Below, in pieces: positions 25,633 to 35,784 of a DNA stretch of 64,000 nt. Each line of letters opens with the position of its first letter. Positions within the stretch are counted from its first letter, which is position 1. The notes under the pieces are model-generated. The model saw nothing but the letters and a program-made list of their open reading frames with translations, had not been told where the DNA came from and made no database searches. The translations under genes and the position numbers were made by a program. This stretch comes from Christensenella sp. UBA1750 (lineage in GTDB: Bacteria > Bacillota > Clostridia > Christensenellales > UBA1750), in the NCBI GenBank assembly GCA_002315655.1, contig DCHO01000044.1, positions 25,948-89,947 of the forward strand. The letters are read 5' to 3'.

Positions 25633-26490
25633 TTGAATATACAATGGTACCCCGGGCATATGGCCAAGGCCAAGCGGATGCTGCAGGAGAGCGTGCAATT
25701 AACCGATGTCATCATTGAGATGGTGGACGCCCGCGCCCCGCTTTCCACCCGAAACCCGGATTTTGATTCCCTCTTTGCGGGCAAGCCCCGGGTCATCGTG
25801 CTGAACAAGGCCGATCTGGCCGACCCTGCCTTAACGAAACAGTGGATTTCCTATTACCGCTCCTTAGGCTGGGATGCCATCTCCTTTTCCGCCAACGCCG
25901 GAAAGGGCGTGAAGGAGGCCGTTTCTTTGGTGGAACGCGCCACCAAGCCCGCCGTGGATAAGATGAAGTCAAAGGGCGTGCACAAGACCGTCCGTGCCAT
26001 GATCGTGGGCATCCCCAATGTGGGCAAGTCCACCTTCATCAACCGGCTGCGGGGCGTTACAGTGGCAAAGGCGGGAGACAAGCCCGGCGTGACCCGCGGC
26101 AAGCAGTGGATCATCGTAAACCCCTATTTGGAATTTTTGGACACCCCCGGAATGCTCTGGCCGAAGATCGAAGACCAGACCTCGGGTTTATACTTAGCCT
26201 TTATCGGCTCGGTGCGGGATGAAGCCATCGGCGCGGAGGCGTTGTCTATGCACCTGCTGGAATACCTCAGGGACAATTTCCCTGCCGCCATCGAAACGCG
26301 GCTCAAATTCACACCGGAAAAGGAATGCAGCGGCGAGGAATTGCTGAATCTGGCGTGCCGCAAGCGCGGCTGGCTGCTCTCCGGCGGACGGTTTGACACC
26401 GAGCGCGGCGCGGCGTTGGTGCTGGACGAATTCAGATCAGGAAAAATGGGAAAAATCACCTTGCAGCGTCCCCCGCTGCCGGAGGAATAG
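25633..26490 (+). CDS. rbgA: Ribosome biogenesis GTPase A (YlqF/RbgA)
   Basis: It has a TTG start. The N-terminus (M)NIQWYPGHMAKAKR and the circularly permuted GTPase motifs NKADL and GIPNVGKST are present. Confidence 0.9.
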   Translation: MNIQWYPGHMAKAKRMLQESVQLTDVIIEMVDARAPLSTRNPDFDSLFAGKPRVIVLNKADLADPALTKQWISYYRSLGWDAISFSANAGKGVKEAVSLVERATKPAVDKMKSKGVHKTVRAMIVGIPNVGKSTFINRLRGVTVAKAGDKPGVTRGKQWIIVNPYLEFLDTPGMLWPKIEDQTSGLYLAFIGSVRDEAIGAEALSMHLLEYLRDNFPAAIETRLKFTPEKECSGEELLNLACRKRGWLLSGGRFDTERGAALVLDEFRSGKMGKITLQRPPLPEE

Positions 26491-26492
26491 AC

Positions 26493-27119
26493 ATGGGTAG
26501 AGAAACCAAGGAAGAACGCCTTTCCCGCATGACGGAATACGAACGCCCGATATGGGAAAGCGGACACACCGTCGGCGGCGTGGACGAGGCGGGCAGAGGG
26601 CCACTGGCGGGGCCGGTGGTGGCGGCGTGCGTGGTCATGCCGGATCACGACTTTCTGCCGGACATCAACGACAGCAAGAAGGTCAGCGAGAAAAAGCGCG
26701 AGGAATTATATCCGCTTATATTGGAGCGGGCGATTTCCTACGGCGTGGGCATCGCCACGGTGCAGGAGATCGAGGAATTGAACATCAAAAACGCCGCACG
26801 GCTGGCCATGAAACGCGCCATCGAGCAGGCGAACCCGGAGCGCATTTTCGTGGATGCGGAGCGGAATCTCGATGTGGAAATGCCGCAGGAGGCCATCATT
26901 CACGGCGACGCAGTGAGCTATTCCATCGCGGCGGCCTCCATCATCGCAAAAGTGACCCGTGACCGCATGATGCTGGAACTGGATAAGCAGTACCCGCAGT
27001 ACGGCTTTGCCAAGCACAAGGGTTACGGCACGGCGGAGCACTACGCGGCCTTGCGGGAGTTCGGGGCGACCAAGGAGCACCGCAAGCTGTTCATCCGCTC
27101 GGCCTTTGAGGACAAATAA
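26493..27119 (+). CDS. rnhB: Ribonuclease HII
   Basis: It has the motifs GVDEAGRGPLAGPVV and DSKK. Confidence 0.95.
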   Translation: MGRETKEERLSRMTEYERPIWESGHTVGGVDEAGRGPLAGPVVAACVVMPDHDFLPDINDSKKVSEKKREELYPLILERAISYGVGIATVQEIEELNIKNAARLAMKRAIEQANPERIFVDAERNLDVEMPQEAIIHGDAVSYSIAAASIIAKVTRDRMMLELDKQYPQYGFAKHKGYGTAEHYAALREFGATKEHRKLFIRSAFEDK

Positions 27120-27488
27120 ATGATCGGAAACAAGAAGGGCAACATCGGCGAGGAGACCGCCGCAAAATACCTGATGAGCAAGGGCTACACCCATCTGCAA
27201 TCGAATCTGAAGGTAGGCCATGACGAGATCGACCTGCTGATGCAGGACGGGCGCACTTACGTTTTCGTGGAGGTCAAACTGCGGGCGGCAGGAGGCGGCG
27301 CGGCGGCGGTGGACAAGCGCAAGCAGGCGCGAATCTCCAAGGCGGCTATTACCTTCCTCTATGAAAACGGCTTGCTTGAACAGCCCGCACGGTTTGACGT
27401 GGTGGAGATCGCCTTCAAGGATGTGGGCATGGACATCACCCATTACGAAAACGCTTTCCCCGTGATCCGGGGCAGGTTCTTCTTTTGA
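27120..27488 (+). CDS. yraN: YraN family (UPF0102) endonuclease-like protein
   Basis: The sequence GEETAAKYLMSKGYTHL...HDEIDLLMQDGRTYVFVEVKLR is present, and it follows rnhB as in many Firmicutes. Confidence 0.85.
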   Translation: MIGNKKGNIGEETAAKYLMSKGYTHLQSNLKVGHDEIDLLMQDGRTYVFVEVKLRAAGGGAAAVDKRKQARISKAAITFLYENGLLEQPARFDVVEIAFKDVGMDITHYENAFPVIRGRFFF

Positions 27489-27502
27489 TAAACGGAGAGG
27501 TT

Positions 27503-30500
27503 ATGAAGAAAAAACTATTGGTTCTGCTTCTGACAGTGCTGCTCACACTGTCCTGTGTGCCGGTGCTTGCCGACACAGGTGAAAATCTCATCCAAAACGG
27601 GGATTTCTCGGAGCTCAACGAAAGCGGTCTGCCGATTGGCTGGACGTATGACGCATGGGAGACGGATGAGAGCGTTTCGACCTTCTGGACGGAGGATAAG
27701 GACGAGGACTACTGCGTCCGGCTGGAAAACTTCGATTACAATGATGCGCGGCTGATTCAGGAAGTGAAGGTGAAGGGCAACACGCTCTACCACATTTCCG
27801 CAAAGGTGAAGGCGCAGGGCTGCGACCCGGAGGCCGTTGCCGCGAATTTATCGGTGCTTGATACCTTCGTCATTTCCGGCGACTGGGTGGACACGGACGG
27901 ACAGTGGGAGACCGTTGACCTCTACGGCAAGACCACGCTTTTGCAGGGCACAATCACCGTTGCGCTGCGGCTGGGCTATTACGGGGACGAAAACTTAGGT
28001 TCAGCATGGTTTGACGATGTGGTAGTGGAGCAGGTGGATGCCGCTCCCGCTGGGTATGAGATCAACACCTTCAAGGTGGAAAAGGCACAGGCCGACACTT
28101 CCACCGAGGACGGCGAGGGCGCGGACTGGATTCCCACACAGATTTTCCTCTCCTGCCTGTTTGTGCTGGTGATGATCTATCTGCTGCTGCGGGCAAGGGA
28201 CGTAAAGGCCGACAATAAAACCATCGAAATCGCCCTTGTTTGGGTGCTGGCGGCGGCGTTTGTTCTGCGGCTCATTCTGGCTGTCAAAAATCCCGGGTAT
28301 TCTGTGGACATCGGGTGCTTTACGGGCTGGGGACAGATGGTGATGCAGTACGGCTGTGCGGATTTCTACGAGCAGGGCTTTTGCGACTATCCGCCGGGCT
28401 ATCTCTATGTGCTGGCGGGGCAGGCGTGGCTTTCCGATCTGCTGAATATCCCCACGGGCAGCGGCGCCTATGGGCTGCTGATTAAGACCGTTCCCATGCT
28501 CTGCGACCTTGGCACGGCGTATCTGCTCTATGCCATTGCAAAGAAGCTGGACAGGCCGGTTTACGGCTTTATTGCCGCGGCGGCCTATGCCTTTGCGCCC
28601 GCGGTGCTCATGGACAGTGCCATGTGGGGGCAGATGGACAGCGTGCTTGTGCTGCTCATGCTGCTGGTGATTCAGGCGTTCCTGGACAAAAAGACATTGA
28701 AGGCCGCGATTCTCTACGGCATTGCCGTGACCGTGAAGCCTCAGGCACTCATGCTGGGCACCGTCATGCTCTGCGGCTATGTGCTGGAAATCATCGAAGA
28801 CCCGAAGCAGGGAATGAAGAAGCTGCTGGCGGGCGTCGGCGTGTGCATCGCGGTGATGGCGGTCATCTGTGTGCCGTTCCTTGTGCATCAGCCCGTCACT
28901 TATATCCTTGAAAAATACATTTCCACCGTGACCTCCTACCCCTATGCCACGGTCAATGCCATGAACCTTTTCTACCTGCTGGGCGGCAACTGGGCTTCGC
29001 AGGAGAACGTGATTTTAGGGCTGTCCTTTGCAAATTGGGGCACCGTCGGCATGGCGTTAAGTGTTATTATCGGCTGTGTGCTGTGCTTTGTTTCCCGCGA
29101 AAAGCGTGCCATTCCGCTGACAAGTGCGCTGACGCTTGCGGGGGTGTTCTTCTTAGGCTGCCGGATGCACGAACGGTATATGTTCCCCATCCTCATGCTG
29201 CTGCTCCTTGCCGCCATTCTCTATCACGATAAGCGGCTGTGGGCGATCTTCGGGGGCTATTCCGTCACCAACGCGGTCAATATCTATGTGGTGCTGCAAA
29301 ACGAGCATATTTTGGATGCGAACCGCTGGGTCGGCGTTGCCGTGGGGCTTCTCAATCTGCTGCTGCTCCTGTTCCTCCTGGAAACCGCCATCGAATTGTG
29401 CTTGAGAAAGGAAGCCGTGCTGCTGGGCGATAAGCACACAAAACCCCTGCGGCGGCAAATTTTACACGCAAAGCTGCCGGATGCCTTTTCCGCAGGAGAC
29501 CGCCGCGCCTTCCGTATGACGAAGATAGATTGGATTCTCATGGCGGCACTGACGGTCGTGTATGCCGTGTTTGCGTTCTTCATGCTGGGCGAGACCACTG
29601 CACCGCAGACCTATTGGGAAGGAAATGCGGGGGATGAAGTCGTTTTCGATTTAGGCACGGAAAAGGGAATCGAGCGGTTCCAGTATTACGGAGAGATCGC
29701 CTACGGTGATTTTGCCGTGAGCTTCTCTACTGACGGCGAAACCTACACCGACGAATACGCCGAAACCATGAGCATTTACGATATGTTCAAGTGGGAGGGC
29801 GAGGACTATGTGGGCGTGACAGCGCGTTACGCCAAGGTCTCCGTTACCTCCGGCACGGTGCGGCTGATGGAGGTGGCCTTCCGGGACGACAGGGACAACC
29901 TTCTGCCCATCGAGGAATGTTCCGCTTCAGAGGTCTGTGACGAGCAGACCATCGTGCCGGTTGAAAGCAGCTACCTAAATTCCATGTACTTTGACGAGAG
30001 CTACCATGGCAGAACCGCCTATGAGCAGATGCACAACATGGAGTGGTATGAAAACACCCATCCGCCGCTCGGGAAGATGCTCATGTCGTGGTCTATCGCC
30101 ATCTTCGGCATGACGGCCTTTGCCTGGCGCTTTGCGGGCACGCTGGCAGGCGTTCTCATGGTGCCGGTGATGTATCTTCTGTGCAAGCTGCTGTTCAGAA
30201 AGGAATGGATCGCCTTCTTGGGCGCATTCCTGCTGACCTTCGACTTTATGCACTTGTCGCAGACCCGTCTGGCGACCATCGACAGCTATCCCGTGCTGTT
30301 CATTTTGCTGGAATTTTATTTCATGCTGCGTTACGCCTACCACAGCTTCTATCACGAAAAGCTCTGGAAAACCTTTGTGCCGCTTTTCTTCTCCGGCATC
30401 TTCATGGGGCTTGGCATGGCGGCCAAGTGGATCGGCATTTACGCGGGCTTCGGGCTGGCAGTGCTGTTCTTCTGCATCCTGTCGCAGCGTGTTTCGGAAT

Positions 30501-31246
30501 ATGTCCGGGCGAGAAAAGCCATCAAAAGCGAAACGCTTTCCAATGAAAAGCAAGCGCAGCTGGAAAGCATCGTGAAGGGCTTCCCGAAAAAACTCACATT
30601 CACCCTGCTTGCCTGTGTTGCGTTCTTTATCGTCATTCCCCTTTGCATCTATGTGGGGTCGTATTATCAGTTCCTGCGCATTGACGCGCCGAACCACGGA
30701 CTTAGGGAAGTCTGGAACTACCAGACCCACATGCTCAACTACCACAAGGGCGTGTTTTCCAGCCATCCCTTCGCTTCTTCCTGGTACGAATGGCCGCTGG
30801 ACATCCGCAACATCTGGTACTATGACGGCGATGTCGGGGAAGGTATGGTCTCCACCATCACCTCCATGGGCAACCCGCTCATCTGGTGGCTGGGGCTTGC
30901 GGCGTTCCTTTGGGTGCTTGTGCGCTTCCTGCGCGGCTACGGCAGACAGGACAAGCGGTACGTCTTCCTGCTCATCGGCTTTGCCACGAACTACCTGCCG
31001 TGGGTGCTGGTGCCCCGTATCACCTTTGTCTACCACTATTTCGCCTCCGTACCCTTCCTCATCCTGTGCATCTGCATGGCGGCGGAGGACTGCTACGACA
31101 AAAAGTGGTGGAAGCCGGTTTGCATCGGCTTCATGGCACTTGTGTTTGTGCTGTTTGTGCTGTATTACCCGGTGCTGACCGGCCTTGCCGTGCCCGAAAA
31201 TTACGCCAAGCTGTTGGAGCTGATGCCCGCTTGGACATTTGTGTGA
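27503..31246 (+). CDS. Giant fused membrane glycosyltransferase: signal peptide + CBM-like jelly-roll + GT-C module 1 + discoidin-like domain + PMT/GT39-like GT-C module 2
   Basis: I place the start at ATG 27503 (MKKKLLVLLL) after a GGAGAGG RBS. Around 20 or more predicted TM helices fall in two blocks. The first-loop motifs are SVDIGCFTGWGQ...DYPPGY for module 1 and NSMYFDESYHGRTAYE...THPPLGK (PMT-type DE motif) for module 2. No stop codon separates the two modules. Confidence 0.7.
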   Translation: MKKKLLVLLLTVLLTLSCVPVLADTGENLIQNGDFSELNESGLPIGWTYDAWETDESVSTFWTEDKDEDYCVRLENFDYNDARLIQEVKVKGNTLYHISAKVKAQGCDPEAVAANLSVLDTFVISGDWVDTDGQWETVDLYGKTTLLQGTITVALRLGYYGDENLGSAWFDDVVVEQVDAAPAGYEINTFKVEKAQADTSTEDGEGADWIPTQIFLSCLFVLVMIYLLLRARDVKADNKTIEIALVWVLAAAFVLRLILAVKNPGYSVDIGCFTGWGQMVMQYGCADFYEQGFCDYPPGYLYVLAGQAWLSDLLNIPTGSGAYGLLIKTVPMLCDLGTAYLLYAIAKKLDRPVYGFIAAAAYAFAPAVLMDSAMWGQMDSVLVLLMLLVIQAFLDKKTLKAAILYGIAVTVKPQALMLGTVMLCGYVLEIIEDPKQGMKKLLAGVGVCIAVMAVICVPFLVHQPVTYILEKYISTVTSYPYATVNAMNLFYLLGGNWASQENVILGLSFANWGTVGMALSVIIGCVLCFVSREKRAIPLTSALTLAGVFFLGCRMHERYMFPILMLLLLAAILYHDKRLWAIFGGYSVTNAVNIYVVLQNEHILDANRWVGVAVGLLNLLLLLFLLETAIELCLRKEAVLLGDKHTKPLRRQILHAKLPDAFSAGDRRAFRMTKIDWILMAALTVVYAVFAFFMLGETTAPQTYWEGNAGDEVVFDLGTEKGIERFQYYGEIAYGDFAVSFSTDGETYTDEYAETMSIYDMFKWEGEDYVGVTARYAKVSVTSGTVRLMEVAFRDDRDNLLPIEECSASEVCDEQTIVPVESSYLNSMYFDESYHGRTAYEQMHNMEWYENTHPPLGKMLMSWSIAIFGMTAFAWRFAGTLAGVLMVPVMYLLCKLLFRKEWIAFLGAFLLTFDFMHLSQTRLATIDSYPVLFILLEFYFMLRYAYHSFYHEKLWKTFVPLFFSGIFMGLGMAAKWIGIYAGFGLAVLFFCILSQRVSEYVRARKAIKSETLSNEKQAQLESIVKGFPKKLTFTLLACVAFFIVIPLCIYVGSYYQFLRIDAPNHGLREVWNYQTHMLNYHKGVFSSHPFASSWYEWPLDIRNIWYYDGDVGEGMVSTITSMGNPLIWWLGLAAFLWVLVRFLRGYGRQDKRYVFLLIGFATNYLPWVLVPRITFVYHYFASVPFLILCICMAAEDCYDKKWWKPVCIGFMALVFVLFVLYYPVLTGLAVPENYAKLLELMPAWTFV

Positions 31247-31249
31247 TGA

Positions 31250-31654
31250 ATGATGGAAAAAATTAAAGAGCTATTTCATCAGGCCGTCAAATTCGGTCTG
31301 GTCGGGGTCATCAACACCCTGATTGATTACGCGGTCACGAACCTGCTGGTGCTTCTTCCCTTCTTTGAAAAGTATTACATTGCGGCCAATGTCATCGGTT
31401 TTCTCTGCGGCATGGGCAACTCTCTTGTGATGAACAAGAAGTGGACGTTCAAGCAGAAGGAAAAGATGACGGCAAAGCAGCTTTTCAGCTTTCTTGTTGT
31501 GAACCTTATCGCCTTGGGTGTTTCATCTCTTGTGCTGACGTTTACACAGGAAAATATGAGCCTGCCTTTCTACATCGGAAAGGCGGTGGCCGCCGCAGCC
31601 TCCGTCGGGGTCAACTTTATCGGGAACAAAATACTGGTTTTTCGGGATAAATAA
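31250..31654 (+). CDS. GtrA family membrane protein (polyprenol-phosphate-sugar handling)
   Basis: It is 134 aa with 4 TM helices. The N-terminal motif KFGLVGVINTLIDYAVTNLL is typical of GtrA-like proteins. Confidence 0.8.
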   Translation: MMEKIKELFHQAVKFGLVGVINTLIDYAVTNLLVLLPFFEKYYIAANVIGFLCGMGNSLVMNKKWTFKQKEKMTAKQLFSFLVVNLIALGVSSLVLTFTQENMSLPFYIGKAVAAAASVGVNFIGNKILVFRDK

Positions 31655-31678
31655 CGTGAGTTTTGAGGAGGACAAACC

Positions 31679-33208
31679 ATGCTTTCCTCGGTTTTGAGCT
31701 TTGGGAGATTGGGCATTGAGGGCTACCCCATGCGGGTGGAGGTCGATGTGCGCGAGGGTCTGCCGCAGATGGAAATGGTGGGCTTGCCGGACGCGGCAGT
31801 AAAGGAGTCCCGGGAACGGGTGCGCACCGCCATGAAAAATTCGGGCTTCACCTTTCCTCCGGCGCAGATCACGGTGAACTTTGCCCCGGCGGACATCAAA
31901 AAGGAAGGCCCCTGGTACGATCTGCCCATTGCGTTGGGGATCATGGCTTCTTCCTCCCAGATCAAGGCGGAGGCCTTGAAAGGGCTGCTCATCTTGGGTG
32001 AATTATCGCTGGACGGCACGGTGGGCAAGGTTTCCGGCGCGCTGCCCATGCTGTTGGCGGCGAAAAAGCAGGGCGTGAAAAAGGCGCTGTTGCCGGTAGC
32101 AAACGCGAAGGAATGTGCCTGCGTGTCCGGCATTGCCATTTACCCTGCCATGAGCCTCAAATCCGCCGTGGCGTTTCTGCGCGGGCAGGAGAGCCTTGCA
32201 CCGGTATCCTTTGACGGCTATCAGAATTTTGCGGACGAGAACGACCCGGAAATCGACTTATCCCGCGTGAAAGGACAATATGCCGCACGGCGGGCGCTGG
32301 AGATCGCGGCCTCAGGCGGGCACAATCTGCTGCTCATCGGCACGGCGGGAAGCGGCAAAACCATGCTGGCACGGGCGCTGCCGGGGATTTTGCCCCGCAT
32401 GACCGAGCAGGAGGCGCTGGAAACCACCGTGATTCATTCCGTCACGGAGGGCTTTGAGGGCGGCCTTATGACCAAACGCCCCTTCTCCGCGCCGCACCAC
32501 ACCACTTCTCCCGCGGCACTCATCGGCGGCGGCAGAACCGCGCTGCCCGGGGAAATCTCCTTAGCCCACAACGGCGTTCTCTTTTTGGATGAATTGCCCG
32601 AATATCCCCGCCCCGTGCTGGAAGCCCTGCGGCAGCCCATGGAGGACGGCGAGGTCACGGTGTCCCGCGTCAATGCGCGGTGCATTTATCCCGCCAAATT
32701 CCAACTGGTCTGCGCTATGAATCCATGTCCTTGCGGCAACTTCGGTTCCCGCACGAAGGAATGCCGGTGCACACCCCATGAGGTGCAGCGGTACTTATCC
32801 CGCATCTCCGGCCCTCTGCTGGACAGAATCGACATGGTGGTGGAGATGGATGCCGTGACCCCGGAGGAAGTGTTCCAAGGGAAGGAGCAGCCGGAGAGCA
32901 GCGCCGTGATCCGGCAGCGCGTGGAGAAAACGCGGCAGGTGCAAAGCGAGCGGTATGCAGACACGGGCTACTTCTGCAACGCCCGCATTCCCTCAAAGAC
33001 TTTGGAGGAAACCTGCAAGCGCACGGACGCGGCACAGGCCTTGCTCATGCGCTGTATGAAGGAATTGGGGCTGTCCATGCGTGCTTACACGCGGGTGCTT
33101 CGGGTCTCCCGCACCATTGCGGACATGGAGGGCAGCAAAATCATCGAGGAAAAGCACATCGCCGAGGCGGTGTCCTACCGCAGCATCAACGAGAAATACT
33201 GGAACTGA
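31679..33208 (+). CDS. comM: YifB/ComM family Mg-chelatase-like AAA+ ATPase
   Basis: It has an N-terminal Lon-protease-like domain, Walker A GTAGSGKTMLA, Walker B VLFLDELPE and the Cys cluster CPCGNFGSRTKECRC. Confidence 0.9.
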   Translation: MLSSVLSFGRLGIEGYPMRVEVDVREGLPQMEMVGLPDAAVKESRERVRTAMKNSGFTFPPAQITVNFAPADIKKEGPWYDLPIALGIMASSSQIKAEALKGLLILGELSLDGTVGKVSGALPMLLAAKKQGVKKALLPVANAKECACVSGIAIYPAMSLKSAVAFLRGQESLAPVSFDGYQNFADENDPEIDLSRVKGQYAARRALEIAASGGHNLLLIGTAGSGKTMLARALPGILPRMTEQEALETTVIHSVTEGFEGGLMTKRPFSAPHHTTSPAALIGGGRTALPGEISLAHNGVLFLDELPEYPRPVLEALRQPMEDGEVTVSRVNARCIYPAKFQLVCAMNPCPCGNFGSRTKECRCTPHEVQRYLSRISGPLLDRIDMVVEMDAVTPEEVFQGKEQPESSAVIRQRVEKTRQVQSERYADTGYFCNARIPSKTLEETCKRTDAAQALLMRCMKELGLSMRAYTRVLRVSRTIADMEGSKIIEEKHIAEAVSYRSINEKYWN

Positions 33209-33235
33209 CGGAATTTCGGCTGGGAGGAAAGCGTT

Positions 33236-34195
33236 ATGCAGGAGAACGGAAAAATCTGGAGGGATGTGCAGGGGAATGTTCTGCACGCCCACGGCGGGTG
33301 CATCCTTTTTGCGGAAGGCTACTATTGGTGGTACGGCGAAAACCGGCTGGGCAACCGCTATGTGTCCGTGTACCGCTCCAAGGATCTGGAAAATTGGGAG
33401 TTCCGCAATGACATTCTGACCACGGAGAGCAAAACGGAGCCCATTCGGCAGAAAACCGACTTAACCCTGAAACGGGAAAACGGCAAGGTCAACATCGAGC
33501 GTCCCAAGGTGCTTTTCTGCGAAAAAACGGGAAAATATGTGCTCTGGGCGCACTATGAGAACGGCGAAAACTATCTGGATGCCCGCATCTGCATTGCCAC
33601 CTGCGACACCCCCGACGGCGACTTTACCTACCACGGCTCCTTCAACCCGTATGGCTATATGTCGCGGGACTGCACCCTTTTCCGCGACGACGACGGCAGA
33701 ACCTATTTCCTCTCCGCCTCCCGGGACAACGCCGATCTGCACGTTTATCTGCTGACTGACGACTTGCTCAATGTGAAAAAGCACATCAACACCTTATGGC
33801 AGGGGGAATACCGGGAAGCCCCGGCGGTCTTTAAGAAAAACGGGAAGTATTATATTTTATCCTCCTACTGCACCGGCTGGCGACCCAATCAGGGCGCATG
33901 GGCAGTGGGCGACAGCATGGACGGGGAGTTCACCGAGCTGTGCAATTTCGGGGACGAGACCACCTTCCATTCCCAGCCCGCCTTTGTGCTGCCGGTGGAA
34001 AAGAACGGGGAAACGAAGTATATCTACTATGGCGACAGATGGTGCTATAAGGGCGATGAACTGACAGTGGCGGAGGATTTCGGCGACAGCATGAGCTATT
34101 ATATCCGCTCCACCTACATTGTTCTGCCCATTCGCTTTACGGCGGAAGACGAACCTTATATTGAATATGAAGACCGATTCAAGGACGGAATTTAG
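33236..34195 (+). CDS. GH43-like five-bladed beta-propeller glycoside hydrolase (tentative)
   Basis: The N-terminus VLHAHGGCILFAEGYYWWYGENR and repeated W/Y-rich blade-like segments are present. The family was assigned by pattern recognition only. Confidence 0.5.
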   Translation: MQENGKIWRDVQGNVLHAHGGCILFAEGYYWWYGENRLGNRYVSVYRSKDLENWEFRNDILTTESKTEPIRQKTDLTLKRENGKVNIERPKVLFCEKTGKYVLWAHYENGENYLDARICIATCDTPDGDFTYHGSFNPYGYMSRDCTLFRDDDGRTYFLSASRDNADLHVYLLTDDLLNVKKHINTLWQGEYREAPAVFKKNGKYYILSSYCTGWRPNQGAWAVGDSMDGEFTELCNFGDETTFHSQPAFVLPVEKNGETKYIYYGDRWCYKGDELTVAEDFGDSMSYYIRSTYIVLPIRFTAEDEPYIEYEDRFKDGI

Positions 34196-34207
34196 GAGGA
34201 ATCGGCT

Positions 34208-35299
34208 GTGAAAAACACTTATAGAACCGCGCTTTGCGTGACGCTGTTCGGCGAAAGCCACGGAGACATGATCGGTTGCGTGCTGGACGGGCTGGCTGCC
34301 GGAATCCCGGTGGAGGAAGAAAAAATATCTTTTGCGCTGTCCCTGCGCAGACCCGAGGGGAATTTGACCACAGCGCGGCGCGAGGAAGACGATTTTTCCA
34401 TCGTCAGCGGCGTGCTGAACGGGAGAACCACGGGCGCACCGCTGACCATTCTCATTCCGAATAAGGACGTTCGGCGCGAGGATTATGCCGAAATGCAGGC
34501 AAAGCCGCGCCCGAACCATGCGGATTACCCGGCGTATGTCAAGTACCACGGCTGCGAGGATGCAAGCGGCGGCGGGCATTTCAGCGGGCGGCTGACCGCG
34601 CCGCTGGTGGCGGCAGGGGCGATTGTCCGTGCCGCCTTGGAGGAAAAAGGAATTTTGGTGGCGTCGCACATTGCGCGGATCGGAAGCGTTTCGGATGCGC
34701 GGTTTGGCAACGTGAAAACGGATTTTGAGCGGATTTATATGAAGAAATTTCCGCTGCTGGATGAAAATGTGCGTACCGAAATGGAGAAAGAAATTGCGGA
34801 AGTGAAAGCCGTTGGGGACAGCGTGGGCGGTGTCATCGAGACCGCCGTGTGTGGGTTGCCTGCCGGGGTTGGCGAGCCGTGGTTCGATTCCGTGGAGGGC
34901 GTGATCGCCAAAGCCATGTTCGCCATTCCGTCCATAAAGGGCGTGGAGTTCGGGGACGGGTTTGACTTAGGAAAGATGCGGGGAAACGAGGCGGCGGACG
35001 AGCTGCGGATTGAGAACGGAGAAGTTCATATTTCGACAAATCACATGGGCGGCATCTCCGGCGGCATCACCAACGGAAACCCCATTCTGTTCCGCTGCGC
35101 CGTGAAACCCACGCCGACTTTGGGAAAAACGCTTCGGACGGTTGACTTGAATACCATGGAAAATGCGGAAATACAGGGAAAAGGGAGACACGACCCGTGC
35201 ATCGCCCTGCGCATTCCCGTGGTGATCGACAGCGTGACCGCGCTGGTGGTTTATGACCTGATGGCGCAGACCTACGGCGTGGATTGGATCGTAAAATGA
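34208..35299 (+). CDS. aroC: Chorismate synthase
   Basis: It has a GTG start and the motifs FGESHG, RPGHADY-like (RPNHADY) and GRHDPC. Confidence 0.9.
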   Translation: MKNTYRTALCVTLFGESHGDMIGCVLDGLAAGIPVEEEKISFALSLRRPEGNLTTARREEDDFSIVSGVLNGRTTGAPLTILIPNKDVRREDYAEMQAKPRPNHADYPAYVKYHGCEDASGGGHFSGRLTAPLVAAGAIVRAALEEKGILVASHIARIGSVSDARFGNVKTDFERIYMKKFPLLDENVRTEMEKEIAEVKAVGDSVGGVIETAVCGLPAGVGEPWFDSVEGVIAKAMFAIPSIKGVEFGDGFDLGKMRGNEAADELRIENGEVHISTNHMGGISGGITNGNPILFRCAVKPTPTLGKTLRTVDLNTMENAEIQGKGRHDPCIALRIPVVIDSVTALVVYDLMAQTYGVDWIVK

Positions 35300-35784
35300 T
35301 GAAATATGAAACCATTGCACTTATCGGAATGCCTGGCTGCGGCAAGTCCACGGTAGGGGCTTTTCTCGCGCAATATCTTGATAAACCCTTTGTCGATCTG
35401 GACGAGGCAATCACCCGGGATACGGGTCGCACCCCGGAAGCCATCATCCGCGAGGACGGCGAAGCGGCCTTTCGCGCCGTTGAAACGGAGGTGCTGCGAA
35501 AGGTCTCCGAGCGGCGCGGCATCGTGCTTTCCACCGGCGGCGGGACGGTGACAAGAAGCGAAAATGTGCAGATTCTGCGAAATAATAGCTTCGTCATTTT
35601 TCTGGATCGCCCTTTATCCGACATTCGCCCCAGCGCGGACAGACCCCTTTCCCAGAACCGGGAGGCACTGGAAAAGCTCTACCGTGAGCGGCTGCCCATT
35701 TACCGGGAGTCCTGCGATCTGCGGATTGCCTGCGGGAGCAGCGTCACAGAAACCGTTGCCCGCATTGTGGAGAATTTGTCATGA
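35296..35784 (+). CDS. aroK: Shikimate kinase
   Basis: It has the P-loop GMPGCGKSTVG and the motif DLDEAI. It overlaps the aroC stop in an ATGA arrangement. Confidence 0.9.
   Translation: MMKYETIALIGMPGCGKSTVGAFLAQYLDKPFVDLDEAITRDTGRTPEAIIREDGEAAFRAVETEVLRKVSERRGIVLSTGGGTVTRSENVQILRNNSFVIFLDRPLSDIRPSADRPLSQNREALEKLYRERLPIYRESCDLRIACGSSVTETVARIVENLS

Noticed and set aside
28001-31036. 295-aa and 353-aa minus-strand ORFs inside the giant GT-C gene.
   Set aside because: They are antisense artefacts. The plus-strand frame encodes coherent TM helices and PMT motifs throughout.
34881-34891. A tRNA T-loop-like string GGTTCGATTCC, also found at 57038-57048.
   Set aside because: Both occurrences lie inside well-supported CDSs (aroC and the GH127-like gene). 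Neither has flanking acceptor, D or anticodon arms. They are not tRNA genes.
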